From contig NC_134029.1 in the NCBI RefSeq assembly GCF_964204645.1, positions 4,526,001 through 4,590,000 of the forward strand: 64,000 nucleotides of DNA, read 5' to 3'. The notes beneath the pieces are model-generated. The model was not told where the DNA came from and did no database searches. It saw only the letters and a program-made list of their open reading frames with translations. Both the position numbers and the translations under genes were made by a program. The DNA is from Tubulanus polymorphus (lineage: Eukaryota > Animalia > Nemertea). Positions 11,701-24,720 of the stretch are shown piece by piece (the stretch's first letter is position 1; each line of letters begins with the position of its first letter).

Positions 11701-14258
11701 TTTTACTTGCGTTCCCCGCGGAAGTAGTCATTAAATTTCAATGAATCACAATAACAACGGCTCACATGACACCCTTATGAAATAACCATTACCCGGTGGC
11801 ATGCTATAAAACTATCGTTTGCTCGCAACGTATTTCTAATGGGATTCGATGTTGAACGGCAGTTGAAGCCCGGAGGCTCGTTTTTGTTAGTTTAAAATAA
11901 AGCCGACGACGGCGCGAGAAAAGCTCGGAAAACAGACGCATTAGCAGATAAGCAACCGTGTGATGGCGAGATCTTGAAGCAAAACTTCCGCGTGCCACAA
12001 GGTGAAATATTTCCCCTCTGATTCGCGGAGAACATCCGAAGAGATTCCTACGGGCAATAAATTCATTTTCGGATATACGCATCCGGCGGCGGCCAGCTGT
12101 CTGGTAATGTCAATAATGTGTTAAAGAAGTAATGAAAACGATTTTTAGAAGATTAACTACCGGCGATTGAGTCCAGCCGATGGACAACTGTTAGAGCGCG
12201 CAACATTCTAGAAATCTCAATTATGTTTGCAAAATTTACGGACATTAATTTTAAAAGGTTATTTACTATGTGCTCTTAAATTTTCAAATTAAAGTCCAAC
12301 CAATGGATGCTTGGAATACTGAACAAATTTTGTTCTTAAATCAATATTTCATCTTAAGATTTATGGACCTGGACAGGTACAAATTCAAGTGTGCTTCTGA
12401 TATCGTGGATGTTTTATGGCGCATTTTCAAGCAGTTTAGATTCGGAAAACACTAGGAATCTGGCAGCAGGGTATAACCGACCGGTTTCAATGTTTACCGG
12501 ATACCATGTTTATCAGTTGCTATCAATATGTACACAGCAGGTACGCGGATGAAGATTGGTCGACTACTCGGCTGATTTCACCGTTTGGTGCACGCGACAG
12601 CACTTCAATATTAGTCCCACTAGTCCCCGATAAGCTTATCATTGTCCGTGCGCAGGAATGAAATTAGCCAAGATCCACATATTTACAGTGGGATGACCTG
12701 CTTCATATCCGCCGCCGATAAATAGTTTTAGAGACGCTCATATTTAGTGGCAATCAGTGTATTCATTACTAGAGGATCGTGAATTCAATTCAGAGCTAGT
12801 GATCTTCGCTCCGATGAGCTACTTTCTGGTGAAAATGAAAGATGGTTGGCGATAATGGGATAACATTGCCGGGTTGTTTATGCTATCGGACATTTTGGTC
12901 TCGCCAATCCGGGTCCGTGGAAGCGCATTGCCCGTACAAATAATTACCGGAAGCTGCTGATAATGTCATCCTCCATAAATAATTCTTTAAAGTCGTGTTG
13001 AAAATGATTTTTAATGGGTTTAGATTAAAACTTTAGTCGATGTGGACGATGCTGTTGGACATAGAAGTTCACGTACAACGCAGATTGATTCAAACAATTA
13101 GTAAATGAATTGATAAAACGCATGATGAGAATAACGCAACATCCTACAAAGTTTAGAGCCCAATTTTACGCTCGTGATTAAAGTCGAAGGAGGTCTTAAG
13201 TTTTGTATTAGCGGTAGAATTCGGTATTTGCCTGGTTTGAAGTCTAAGCCGCGATTGTGAAATTGACCCCTCGATGCGCCCACGTGGTCAATTTGTGACG
13301 TTGTTGATTCATTTTTGCATATTATAAGCGTTATTACTGAAATGAAAGGACTGTTGAAGCGTGTGTCGTGTTTAATCACTATTAGGACGAAACTTCAAGT
13401 CCTGCGATACAAACACATGTATATGTATAATGTTATATTCGGCGTGTGATTTCCTGACGACTGGACGTGGTCAATATCGATTTTATCGCTAATGATTCGT
13501 TCCAACATATACGTCAAGCAAAACAAACCGGTATTAATCATGTATATATAAAAACGATGAAGCTGGTATTCTATTTCATAACTCTTAAATCTGAAAGATA
13601 ATCGATTTCGGGTTTTTGACTCCCGTGTTTGTCGAAGGCAGCAGTCTTATGCGCAGTCCGATGAATCGATAATTTCCTCGCTCTCAAATCATCGAATAAG
13701 TCAACGCTTTTAGACAACGACCGAGAATGAGCTCTTGGTAACATAATTGTCCGATTAAATTATATAAACGCACGCAACTCTTAAATAGAATATATTCTGA
13801 GGAACCCGTGAGGTTTCTGTAGTCACTTCAATGTAAGCCTTATAGGTCTCTCAGTTGCGGCGATAAGTAGCCGTTAGAGTCTTATAATCCGTCAGGTTTC
13901 CAGTCGATTTAATCGATCAAACACAGATTCGACGCTATTTGAAGGAGTCATCGTCGTTTCGCCAACTTACCCGACTCGATTCGGTAAAACCCGATTAACA
14001 GTGATACGCTGTGTCGTGTAATCGGGGATTAATGGCTGTGTTAGTTTTATGCGTTGAATTTTCAAATGTTCTCCAGCAACTGAACCACGCATCTCTAAAA
14101 TCCGCTATTCATTCGGAATGTAATCATGATTAAACGACGTTTCTGAACAGAGTCGACTTCGATATGTTTGATGCATTCAGTGGGGCTGCATTGATGTATA
14201 TGACAATGAATTATCGATATAGAATTAAACCTTTAGTTTAAAAAATGAAAAACCTTAC

Positions 14259-14580
14259 CTTGTGTTATACCTTACTTCTCGAAATCAGGTAGTTTTTCTA
14301 GATGATAAGATTATCCCCGTTGGATTTTATCATAGCTTGTAAATTGTTTCAAATCACTTTATTCCGGCATAGCTGCAGTTAGTTGATTATTAAGTCCAGA
14401 AAGACGGGAGATAGATTCGAATTCAACCTCGCCGAGTTCTTCTAAACAACTCGTTGCAGACTTCGCTTCTTATTAGCTCGCGGATGAAAGGCAGATGCGG
14501 TGTGAATCGGAACCCCGCGAGCTGCTGTGTGAATGAGCGCGGTACGGCGAACACTTGAAGTGATTTTCGCGTGCGACTGA
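14259..14580 (-). promoter_or_regulatory. Candidate TSS and non-coding first exon, possibly of GPCR1
   Basis: Initiator-like TCAGTC on the minus strand at 14575-14580 in a CpG-rich patch. Two strong minus-strand donors: AG|GTAAGG after 14259 and AA|GTAAGG after 14276. Inference only. Confidence 0.25.
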
Positions 14581-16043
14581 ATGCTCAGTCGAAGCGGCTG
14601 GGTTCAGGGTAGAGAGAAACCACACGCGTGTGTGTGTCTGTGACCATGGCCTTACCCTAGCCGACTAAGTGGTCATTTATCTAACTAACATATTAATATT
14701 GTTGCAGTTCCGTTTGTCCGCGCAATACAATATATCCCAATATCGGTTGGCAAATGTTTACCGGTAAATACTTAGTACTGATAGTCTTTATTTGACATAT
14801 AATTTGCGCAGGACTACGCAAGCGTCTACTGCGTAAATATGTGTTTATAATCATCAGAAATAAGAGTAAATAATGCTATATCAGTCGGTTTTTAATGAAC
14901 GCTAAAAACGCTTATTATTCACCGACTTGAATTCATTTCTAGACAATGAAAACTATTAGAATTGTAAATAGCGCATTCAAAAATAGAATTTCGTCGAACT
15001 GACATCACTTTTTGATCGTTGAAAAGCTGTGTTTATTTTGAATGCTGCTGGTTTTTTTGAAGTTTTGTAATTTGAGACATTATGGACAACATGACTCCCC
15101 CAAAGCAAACCGAGAAAGGAGACTTAAAGTTTGCGCATACTGAACAACTGAACAAAGTACACATTAACTGGATCCGATTCCAGAAAAAAAGAGATAATCG
15201 CAAAGTAACCTTTGATCTGAATTAGTCTTATTATTAAAATCATTAACACAGATATTACTTTATATCTCGACTCAGGAACCGGGTCCAAGTTTAAGAGCTG
15301 CATGACAAATCCATTAAAACAAATAGCCAAATGAAAAAACCAAATGTATATTTAATAATACGTACTTTAAAGACCTTGTGTAATCCAAAATGAGCTATCC
15401 ATCGATGGGAATAGCTTGAATTAGATCCTTGACACTTTCGGAATTTTCTATGTTACTGGAACTGAAGGTAATTTGTAAATACCGATGTATCCAAGGTCTG
15501 TTGGCAGGGGTTGGCTTATTATTAATTCATTTGGTTGTTAAGCAATGCAAATACGAGCAAACTCTGAGCGCGATAATTTTAAAAGTGTCTTAACCATTCA
15601 GAAACATAGCAAACAGTTAACATGTATTCAGCGTTATAGCACGTATTTCAGCAACGAGCGTGAATTTGAATGTTTACTCATTAGTTTCAGTGCAAGTGTC
15701 GATCACACGTGCTTCAGTCGGCCGTTTCGTAAGAATAAAGGAAATCAATTTGATCGAACCGATTCATTTATTTCCCAGGTAAATGTAAGCAAATATTTTA
15801 TATAAATAAAATTCCGAAGCCTACTTAAAATTCGTGAAAACTACTTCTGGAATGTGTGCCATGGAAACCTACCCTAAATTCCTTGAGCAAACGTCGTGGA
15901 ATGATTGACGAAACAGTTTGATCGTATTGTAAAGATGACATGAAATCCCACAATGAATAAAAAAGGAGTCTGAAATATTTCTTTGAACTACGCTAGAAGT
16001 TTATTTCATATTTTTGACCCTTTCCTACTACTCATCTCCATAA

Positions 16044-16089
16044 TATTCCCAAAAAGATGGCTATTAGGATATGTCGAAACGTTGAAATA
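16044..16089 (+). repeat. Degenerate Penelope-type minimal hammerhead motif; inverted partner of 16174-16220
   Basis: TATTCC CAAAAAGA TGGCTATTAGGATATGTC GAAACGTT GAAATA. The catalytic core is mutated but the sequence is clearly homologous to the 16174-16220 copy. Confidence 0.5.
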
Positions 16090-16173
16090 ACGAGACGATA
16101 ATATGTTTTAGTAAATTCCACAATAATAACGAAGAAAATAATATAAAATCCGAAAATGTTTCCATGAGCTTGT

Positions 16174-16220
16174 AGTTTATTCAACGTTTCGACTATCCTA
16201 ATAGTCATCTTCAGAATACT
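16174..16220 (-). ncRNA. Minimal type-I hammerhead ribozyme-like motif (Penelope-like element associated)
   Basis: Minus strand reads AGUAUU-CUGAAGA-U-GACUAU(UAGG)AUAGUC-GAA-A(CG)U-U-GAAUAAACU. CUGANGA and GAAA cores are intact, stem II is a perfect 6 bp, and stem III is 1 bp with palindromic ACGU. Stem I lacks one C relative to the sister copies. Confidence 0.55.
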
Positions 16221-17439
16221 GAGCAGAAACGCTCGGGACGTTCATCGTAAATATGACTCTTCTGATCGTTGTCGATACGTACATCTAAGCTTGGAAACAC
16301 TCAACGACAATGTCCCCAAACTAACACTTCCTAGTAGACCAAACAAGGCGTTGCACCAATATCATCACTTCCTATGGGACCCTGACTGAATTAGCACTCG
16401 AAGGCATCAAATGAAAATGAATCGCCGTCTTAAGACGAGATTACGTGGCAACCAAAAGATGCTGTTGTTTAGAACTAAAAATACACGATCAGTTACTGTC
16501 AAGTCGACAGATTTCACAAACGACAAGTGATAAATGGCTACATAGTTTTGTACATTATTGATAGCTCGCGTTCAATGTGTGAAACGTTAATCCAACAAAA
16601 CGAGATGATCGACGATAATAAATGAAAAAATGGCCGCGAAGTAGTTGATGTCGTCGTGTGAATAGGAGATTTGACGAATATGAAGAATGGTAAAATCCTT
16701 CCAAAATCGTAAAAATGATTGAAACAGAATTTATATGAATTATGGTTTGTTTTCTCTATCTTAAGTTACAAACGTCAAGTCCACAGAGGGCTAATCCTAG
16801 TTTGTGAAACTACAGAACCGATCTTACATGTAAACCCGGGCATTTCTCAAATATATCATAGCCGTATCGTTTGACTGAGGAGACTGTAATAGTTTGTTCG
16901 TCCAAATCTTCAATGTGGTAATGATTATTTTCGTGTATCACAGAGTGTTATCACGGCGATAATGTCCTATTAAACCGGTCATTAGCGCACGCTTCATGGA
17001 TCCATCGAAAAGGTTACTTCGAGGTTACAGACGCTTTACTTGATGCCGACGATGATCCCCGAATCAAATCAAATTCATTCCTGAACTAAGTCTTTTCTAA
17101 GTAACAACGAGTAAATGCTAATGATAAATTGTACGGTTTCCTCGTTATGAGATTTGTATCGATCAGCTGTCGTATTTTCTTTCCCGCCAGGTAATCTTTA
17201 CTTTCGTAATGAATGGGATGAAAGCACCTGGATAGATTTACTCATTGCGGGATAGATACTAAAACCTGCGGATTTACATCGACGCATTGCATCTATGGTA
17301 ATGTATTGCAATTATCAACAGTGTTTGGATATTGTAAAGGTATTTGTTTATGAAATCTTGTAAGGATTCTGCGTTTTGGAATTTCGGTTCCAGTTCTAAA
17401 CCATTGCATTATTGAGGATCTACAAATTCTAATTTCATC

Positions 17440-17530
17440 AATGGGTACCTCAACGCTCCTGTGGCAAGCAAGAATCCGCCAGGTTCGCTAGTAGTTACTC
17501 GGTCTTTCGCGTTCGACAATTTCTTCTACT
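17440..17530 (+). repeat. Dispersed repeat family B copy
   Basis: atggg.acct...ctcc.gtggcaa...atcc.ccaggttcgctagt.gttactcggtctt...aatttcttctac is shared with 62886-62993 and, inverted, with 41885-41930. Confidence 0.65.
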
Positions 17531-17885
17531 ATTTCTTCTTTATTTCATTGAGAATCGAATGAAATTATCTCTTAAATAAATTAGTTACTAATGAAAAAAA
17601 AAAACACCAATATCTAGGTGAAAATGGATTCAAAGTATATTTAGTGGGTCAGTGAGTTCAAAGTTCATGGACAACAAGAGTGAGCGCTCGTCACGCCATC
17701 TGGTGGGACAACTAATGTTGCAGCTCCCCATTGAATATTATGCACTTACTTCGGAGTATAGTTGTAGCTTTTTCTAGCTTAGTCATTAATTAGCTTTACT
17801 TCTGCTATTTGGATAATAGTATATTCAGATTTTGGACTTTGTTCTTAATTAACGATACAATGGAACGGGGTCCTCTTTTTATAGA

Positions 17886-18863
17886 CTATGTCTGCTGGGG
17901 TCTATACAACCGCCATATTAGAACCAGTTCTGTGCGAAAAGGTTTCAAATTGACAACGTAAATGAAAAAGTTAATGGCGCTGTTTGTGATCATCAAAACT
18001 CCGCCGATCAAATTCAATAAATGGACGATTTGGATAGGCAAATTGTGCATTACATCTGTCATATCAGATAACATATTTTGAAGGGTGTTTGGCGCATTCA
18101 ATATGAAATATGCTATGACTATGCAAATCAGATTCTTCATACATCGCTCATCCTGAGAAAAAGTGCTCGCATTTTTGAAACGATTGTCGCGACGAAAGAG
18201 TTTGATTACAATCAACAAACTAGATATTATAAGACCAATCCAAGGAATAATTGTCATCGATAAAGTGAAATACATAGTAAGAATTGTGTTGATCGTTTTC
18301 CCAAATGTATAAGCTCTGCAGTTTTTTAAACCGACTGCAATAGTTTTTACGTAGAATATCATACTCTGTACGCCTTCCGTAACAGCGAAATAAATTACAA
18401 CCGACAAAATAAGATACATACGCCGAGCAGGGGTTGCTAATCTCATGGTGCGCAATGGAGCCCAAATAGCAGTACTACGTTCGATAGAAAAACATAAAAG
18501 TATCCAAGATGACGACTTTACACCGAAATTCATTAACGCCATTACAAACCTGCACGAAACTATATTAATTGCAAAGAAATTGTAAATGCCGTTCCCGACA
18601 CCGGCTACGATGTGTATCCTTTCTAACGATTTCAACGAAAATGTTATCACAAATATGGAATCCGAGAAAGCCAATGGAATCAGGTACTGGTAGGTGCACG
18701 CGTCTATCTTGTGGCGGAGACGATACAATATAACTATAGACAACATACTGCCCGATACACCGATTACCATAGAACAGTAGATGTAGATATTGAAAGTGTA
18801 CCAAACAGCATTCTGCCAAACAGGAGACAAATAGACACGGGTTGCATTTCCAATAATAGCCAT
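17886..18863 (-). CDS. Divergent intronless class A GPCR (GPCR2; FMRFamide-receptor-like/orphan, possibly chemosensory), 325 aa
   Basis: Seven hydrophobic segments. TM2 YLIPLAFSD, TM3 C...SSWILLCFSIERSTAIWAP (ERS for D/ERY), ECL2 Cys, TM5 IIPW, TM6 YFILNAP, TM7 TNSAINFFIY, helix 8 FRTEL. AT-rich TATA-like tract ~140 nt upstream. Confidence 0.88.
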   Translation of the reverse strand: MAIIGNATRVYLSPVWQNAVWYTFNIYIYCSMVIGVSGSMLSIVILYRLRHKIDACTYQYLIPLAFSDSIFVITFSLKSLERIHIVAGVGNGIYNFFAINIVSCRFVMALMNFGVKSSSWILLCFSIERSTAIWAPLRTMRLATPARRMYLILSVVIYFAVTEGVQSMIFYVKTIAVGLKNCRAYTFGKTINTILTMYFTLSMTIIPWIGLIISSLLIVIKLFRRDNRFKNASTFSQDERCMKNLICIVIAYFILNAPNTLQNMLSDMTDVMHNLPIQIVHLLNLIGGVLMITNSAINFFIYVVNLKPFRTELVLIWRLYRPQQT

Positions 18864-21800
18864 TTTAACAGAACACTTACAGAACTAAACTGTTAAATGT
18901 ATCTCATCTCAACATTCATAGGTTTTAAAAGGCAGTGGATTGATCGAACCAAGCGTTTTTAGCTTAATGATATATTCCTCTTCTCTAAAAGCTTATTTAT
19001 ATAATATAATGGTGAGAACTTTATGAATAAAGATATCCATCTAAAACGTTAAAATACCTATTAGCACTACTACGTGCATTAGATTCGGATATAAATCCCT
19101 GGATGGGCGTTGCTTGTTGTCTATCGATAATGTGAAATGTTCTTTAGCGGCAAATTTTCATTTCTTCGTTCTAGAAGTTTTTTCTTTCACTTTATTCTAA
19201 ATTTATCATCACGATTAACAAGTTATTTTCTTATACTTGTTACACTTAACATATGAGGTGTACATCTGCATTTTTTGATTTTAAGACGACCAATTTGTGT
19301 CAACAAATATTGTTCTGTATTTGCAAATTTACTGTCAATAGAATAACAATAAAAAGATAGATTTTAAGAGGAAGTAATAAAATGATGCTGACGTTTTCCA
19401 GCGTCAAATTGAATGAATGATTATTTTCCAAGACTTTTAAGATGTCTGTTGATCTGTTCTTTTCCTTGTTTTGCCATGATTTTTATTTATTTTAAACCAC
19501 GGTTTTACGTACGAAAAACGTCCTATGTTTCTTAAGGGACGCTGTAGCAAGCTTTTAAGAGTAGATCCATCACATCAATATCCGTATATCGATATTAATC
19601 TTAAACAGCAATATCTCAGCGACGTTCGTCAATTCCCGCATGATTTAAATCTATTTGAACTCGAGCATTTACACAGACGAATGCAAAAATGAAAACGATT
19701 AGCTAGCGAGTAAACAGAGCGACCGTCGAGTATAGCGAGCATTAGTTTCCGGTATTATTATTAACCCTCAACGATAACGAAGTGTTTCATTAAAATCTAC
19801 ACTCGCCTGGGGCCCGAGATCTCTGCGACCCAATGATAATCTTTATACTGTTCGGTGTCTTGGGTAATACCGTATAAAGCGACTGCGATGCTTTTGACAG
19901 AGAACGAGCATATTGCGATTCTATGCTGACAACCTCGCACGGCAAAATAACGGTCTGCAACCGTGAAATCCGCGTTCCACGAAACCATAAAAAGGCTGCT
20001 TTACCGGTGATGGAATACAACGGATACAAATTAGTAGAGTATCTATTTCATAAACGCTCGTAGCCGTATCAAACTACGCAAATGAACGAATTTCATCGAT
20101 GATCTCGAATTTGAAGAAGTTAAACGGTCAGGTTCTTCGAAAGCTTCGTCCTCATTTTCGGCCACGAACCATTCGGCAATGAACGGTTAGAATCGCCGTA
20201 CGATATAAATCATGACGTGTCCTTCCTTCTTTTTCGATTCTAACACCCACGTCTGCACTATATCGAGGTGGAATATTGATTGGCCTCATCAAAGAACACG
20301 CCAAAAACTACCAATCACATTATACAGAATTATTTATCAAATAACCTGTTGTGTAGGACATCGGTAACGCCATCAAAAGTCACTTAATTCCGCTGAAAAT
20401 TTGCCGTTTCTCGCCGTCCGTTTTAAAACGTCGTTATTTGACTTTCGATGCGTGAAATTGAACGCAAACAACCCGGAAATGCCAATATCGCAACTGTCTG
20501 CGACGCGATAGTCGCCGGAGAGACCTAGACGGCTGCAGCTTTCCGAAATTTTCGCTTAAACATCTGAACAATAACATCCTATTCAGAGAGGAAAAAACGC
20601 AAAATAATCAACCGAGCTTGATAACGATACAAACTAAAAAATCTTCACATGGTTCTGAATTACATCGCTGCCAAAAATGAGTTTGATTTCACTTTTTTTC
20701 AAACACGTAAGAGCAATCGTAGCATATACGTAGCTAAAATGTCAGGGCCACAACGTGGGTGAGTTCTTTTTTTACATCTCGGAGAGAGGTGGCGACGTGA
20801 CAACAGTAACATGCGACTGTCAGTCTCATGCTCTCTCACTCTATATTCTCAGTTGCTATTCTGGAAAATTGCGTGATTTCATTTCGAAACAGAAGATTCG
20901 CCCCGACACAAAGCTGCCGCAATGATTCGCAATAAGACAACATCGGGTTAAGGCGTCGACGTATGTTTCTCAATGGTCGGCTTACTGTAAGATGGCTCAA
21001 TGCTATCCGTGATGTTCATTAGGAGGAATCATTTCAAGGAAGATAAAGCCTCGGCTGTGTGCGCCAGCATTATCAGTCACTTTCCAGTATACAACAATCG
21101 ATCAGCTATCAAAAAATCGTTTGGTCTTCCTCTCCCCCACCCTCTCTCTCTCTCACTCTCTTTCTCTGTCGTAAACATAATAATAACTCGAGACTAGAAT
21201 GGCGACGATATTCTGTGTAATCGCCGCTTTATTTCCCGAGGGGAGGCAGATCGCTCGTTCTATTCACAGGATAATTTGGACATCAATAATGGAAAACTAT
21301 CGCCGGCAAAAGAGTCCAAAATTTAATACCGATGCGGGACGTGATCAATCTTATCAACAGTTGAACACAGCAAGGTCGTGACCTCTAATGAATCGGTGAT
21401 CGCGCTATTTTTCATTCGTTCGCGTTGATCTCTTACCGCCATCAGTTTTCCAATCAGTCAGCGCTTAACTCCAGCTTTGAGAGGTCCGTATTGCCTACCG
21501 CGCTTTATTATTAGATTGAGTCCGTATCGATTGATTGAAAACGTCTATATCGAAAAAATCCATATCAGCGATAGATTATAAGTAAAATAATGCACATTTC
21601 GTTAGCAATGCATAGGGAATTTTTGCATCGATTCTTTAAGCAAAAACCTCAAGTTCATTCGAAAAACGGAGAAGCATTCTCACGTTTCCCACTCGCACTG
21701 ACGTTAACGCCTCCGCGATTTTGACAGTTTCCTTAAGTGATGTTTTTTTTTTGGCGAGTCTTTTGGGTTAAGGTTTCGTCGTCTGAAAAAAACATCCGAT

Positions 21801-21998
21801 CTGCACGGCTAGAATGAAGTGTTTAATCTAAGTTGCTGTCGCACTCAAAGATGAGATCAAAAGAACATAAGCATGTTGATGATGATGAGTTTCCAATCCG
21901 TGCTTGAAGAACGTGTATCCATTCCTGCTCGTGACATTTATGTAGGCCCATTGCCAATGCCTTACCTTACATACCAACAAACAAAAAACCTTTTTTAA

Positions 21999-22071
21999 TG
22001 GAGAACCCGGGCATCGATCCCGGTACCTCTCGCATGCAAAGCGAGCGCTCTACCATGTGAGCTAGTCCCCC
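21999..22071 (-). tRNA. tRNA-Ala-TGC: tRNA-Ala (anticodon TGC)
   Basis: Minus strand GGGGGACTAGCTCACATGGTAGAGCGCTCGCTTTGCATGCGAGAGGTACCGGGATCGATGCCCGGGTTCTCCA. It folds as a cloverleaf with the G3:U70 Ala identity pair and anticodon loop TTTGCAT, and has a downstream T6 Pol III terminator. Confidence 0.96.
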
Positions 22072-22719
22072 GACGATGCAAGCAACGACAGCACTGTCAA
22101 ACTGGCCGTCAGTACTGTGACCAACTGATTCGTTAACTAACCCAAGCTCAGTATTTGAAATGGTTTTATCGACGTAGATTAGTCACAAAATGGCTGGCGA
22201 GATTCAAGTGAAAAACAAAATTCGATATTCAAATAAGTACCGAAACGAAGAGTGCTTCAACTTGCCATCAGTAGAAAACGTAGACACGTTCGTTTCGTAT
22301 TTTGTTATCTAATAGCCGCAGAAGTGATACTTTGTTTCAGACGGTAGCGTTCACCACGGCGATGCCCTTATTTGAATATTGTGCAGACGAATTCGCCTGA
22401 TATTGACCCTTATACGCCATAAGACCTTTAAGACCTCGCTACACGGATCATTTCGTAAGAGATCAATCGATTCATTTGTTAAATGGTTATGAATATGGCA
22501 ATCACGCGCAGAATAATCATTTAGACTCTCTATCTTATTCGAACAGGTGAAATTAGGGACAAATCAATTAATCGTATTACGTAATTCGGGCTTCAAGAAG
22601 CCGCAACTGACTGTTGAGGAGACTATCTATCCGTCCGATATGGAACTTCGCTATAAAACTCGCGTATATCTCCGGCCGGTAAAAGTTGATTGACAATTAT
22701 CTCTGACATAGGAAAGCGT

Positions 22720-22900
22720 CTAGCGCGGTTTCGGTCGGTAATCAACTTAACGGCTGCCGCGTAGCGTTCAAATCAGGCTACAGCGCTCATATAGCCCTCT
22801 GGGGTACTATAATGCTCCCCGTGTGTCGATCACTGATTGAAATATACTGTCCGTTGACCATCGGTCGGTGATCACTAGCGATACCAGCGGAATACCGATC
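22720..22900 (+). mobile_element. Possible decayed SINE core fragment (Nin/Deu-domain-like)
   Basis: GC-richer patch containing gcgc...tagcc...gggg...atgctcccc...tgtccg. It resembles, from memory, the central domain of Nin-type SINEs. Unverified. Confidence 0.2.
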
Positions 22901-23547
22901 AAATAAAATCAGAGATCGAGCCTTTTTATCGAATTGTTCTAGCCTCTCCCCGGAGAGAGCGATACGTCAGTAAATTCACTTTTGCTAATAAAGATGTCCA
23001 AATAATCACTGGCATTGATTCGACAGGGGATTTGAAATCGACCTTCATATCTAATATGGGTGCACCATATCTGTCAGCTATAGTATATAGGTCACTAAAC
23101 CGTTACCTAGACTGGAGCCTTTTAATAACACGAAGGAGACCCAAAAATGAAAAAGAAATATAAAGATATTTATTCCTATATCGCCATATAGTACATACTT
23201 ATTGATGCTTTCTGACAAGACTTTAAAGGAATCCTTTGACTAAGCGCTGTGCTCTTTTGTGCGCGGAAGTAAATAAGACCCGAATGTCATTAGATGTCAC
23301 TAGAAAACAACCCGAGATACAAGATCATCATCAGCGAGTTGCCATATTCTCCTATCATTGTCCATTACTGATGCATAAATACAGGATCGTTCGTCATGTT
23401 TATAGATCGTATATTTACGTCACTAAATAATCGGTAGCATCGCGTATCGAGACATATTCGTCATTACGCGCTCAGTGATCATCGTTAGTGAAATACCGGG
23501 GCAACGAGTGCTATAGTGGAAACATCAAAATCATATATGATAGATAG

Positions 23548-23999
23548 CATTACATTACATTACATTACATTTATTCTTTATTGCTCCAAATTGTACATAA
23601 TTTTTCGAGCACAAAAACAACAGTAATATACATAGAAATAAAAGTTTACATACTTCTACATAATATTTTAACATAAACTGCAAGTTTTCTTATCACATTT
23701 CTATCATTTGTGTTGAATAATTTCCTAAATTTGTAGGTAGTTGGGTTTACTGTGAAAAATTCGGGTATATACGCATTTCGCAAGTTCAAAAAGTAGTTAC
23801 ATTCCAAAACATAATGGAATTCGTCACCGATTTTGTTTAGGTTACATTTGGTACATAAGCGATCGCCCCTTGGTATGTTTTGGTATCTACCAGTTTCAAT
23901 AGGTAGCGGGTGAATAGAGCATCTAAATCGGATAAGAGCCGAACGTAAATCCATTGGTAGGTTAAGTAAAAAAGCATAGGGCGACATTTGCCAAAGCAT
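23548..23999 (-). mobile_element. 5'-truncated non-LTR retrotransposon (LINE) 3' end, ~450 bp
   Basis: ORF 23646-23999 encodes a typical LINE ORF2 C-terminus (LIRFRCSIHPLPIETGRY...CTKC-X9-H-X4-C zinc knuckle). It is followed by a short 3' UTR with AATAAA twice and an (AATGT)n tail at 23548-23571. AGCATTA occurs at both flanks. Confidence 0.85.
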
Positions 24000-24720
24000 T
24001 AAAGGAAGATCCGACCGTTTTTTATCGAACTCATCTGCGGATTGATGAAAGCGTTTTCGTGAAAAAGTCCTATCGTATTCCCTAGTCTAGACTCAGTTCC
24101 ACAGGTTAAATTTGGCACTGTTTCGAAGTTAATTTATTTCCATTAACTGCGAAGAGTAAAATCTTTTCCGAAAAATCATGCTATTAAATTGCTACCTTAT
24201 TTCTCATTTCTATTGAGCCTAAAAGTTTACCCGGCCAGCCACCTATTTACCCTGTACATGACAAACTGGCGGTTATAGAACTGATTACGAATTTTATTGC
24301 AGATTACAAAATGATCCGGCCGATAATAGGAGAAACAGGGTATCATTATATTTTAGCCGTTGATAAGATAACGGCCGTGCCGTCGCTCGTACGATTTTTA
24401 AGCGTGTTTATATGTTTCCCATTTAGTTGGAGTTAAATTGAATTCTCTACGCATCTCATGCACTCCTCCAGATAAATCAGAGACAACACGAATGTCCCTG
24501 GAATTACACCCACTCTATTCGCGAATCTTCGATTGAAATTAAGCTTTAATTGCGTTCGAAATCACTCTATACGTTATGTTAATTTTCGTAAATGACACTA
24601 AGTGATCGATCAGGAGAGACTTCGATCACAGTAACGGCATCAACGCGTCCGCGAATCCATCAGTCAGCTAGTTCAAAAACCACACCTGATCGGGAATCCA
24701 TCGAGGCTGCTGCAGCATTG

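Noticed and set aside
12811-12836. CCGATGA-GCTA...TGGT-GAAA hammerhead-like string
   Set aside because: The core has C in place of the conserved U4, and it lacks the ACGU stem III and a stem I.
19832-19877. Plus-strand peptide MIIFILFGVLGNTV*, resembling GPCR TM1
   Set aside because: It stops immediately and no TM2/TM3 motifs are visible in any downstream frame. Likely coincidence.
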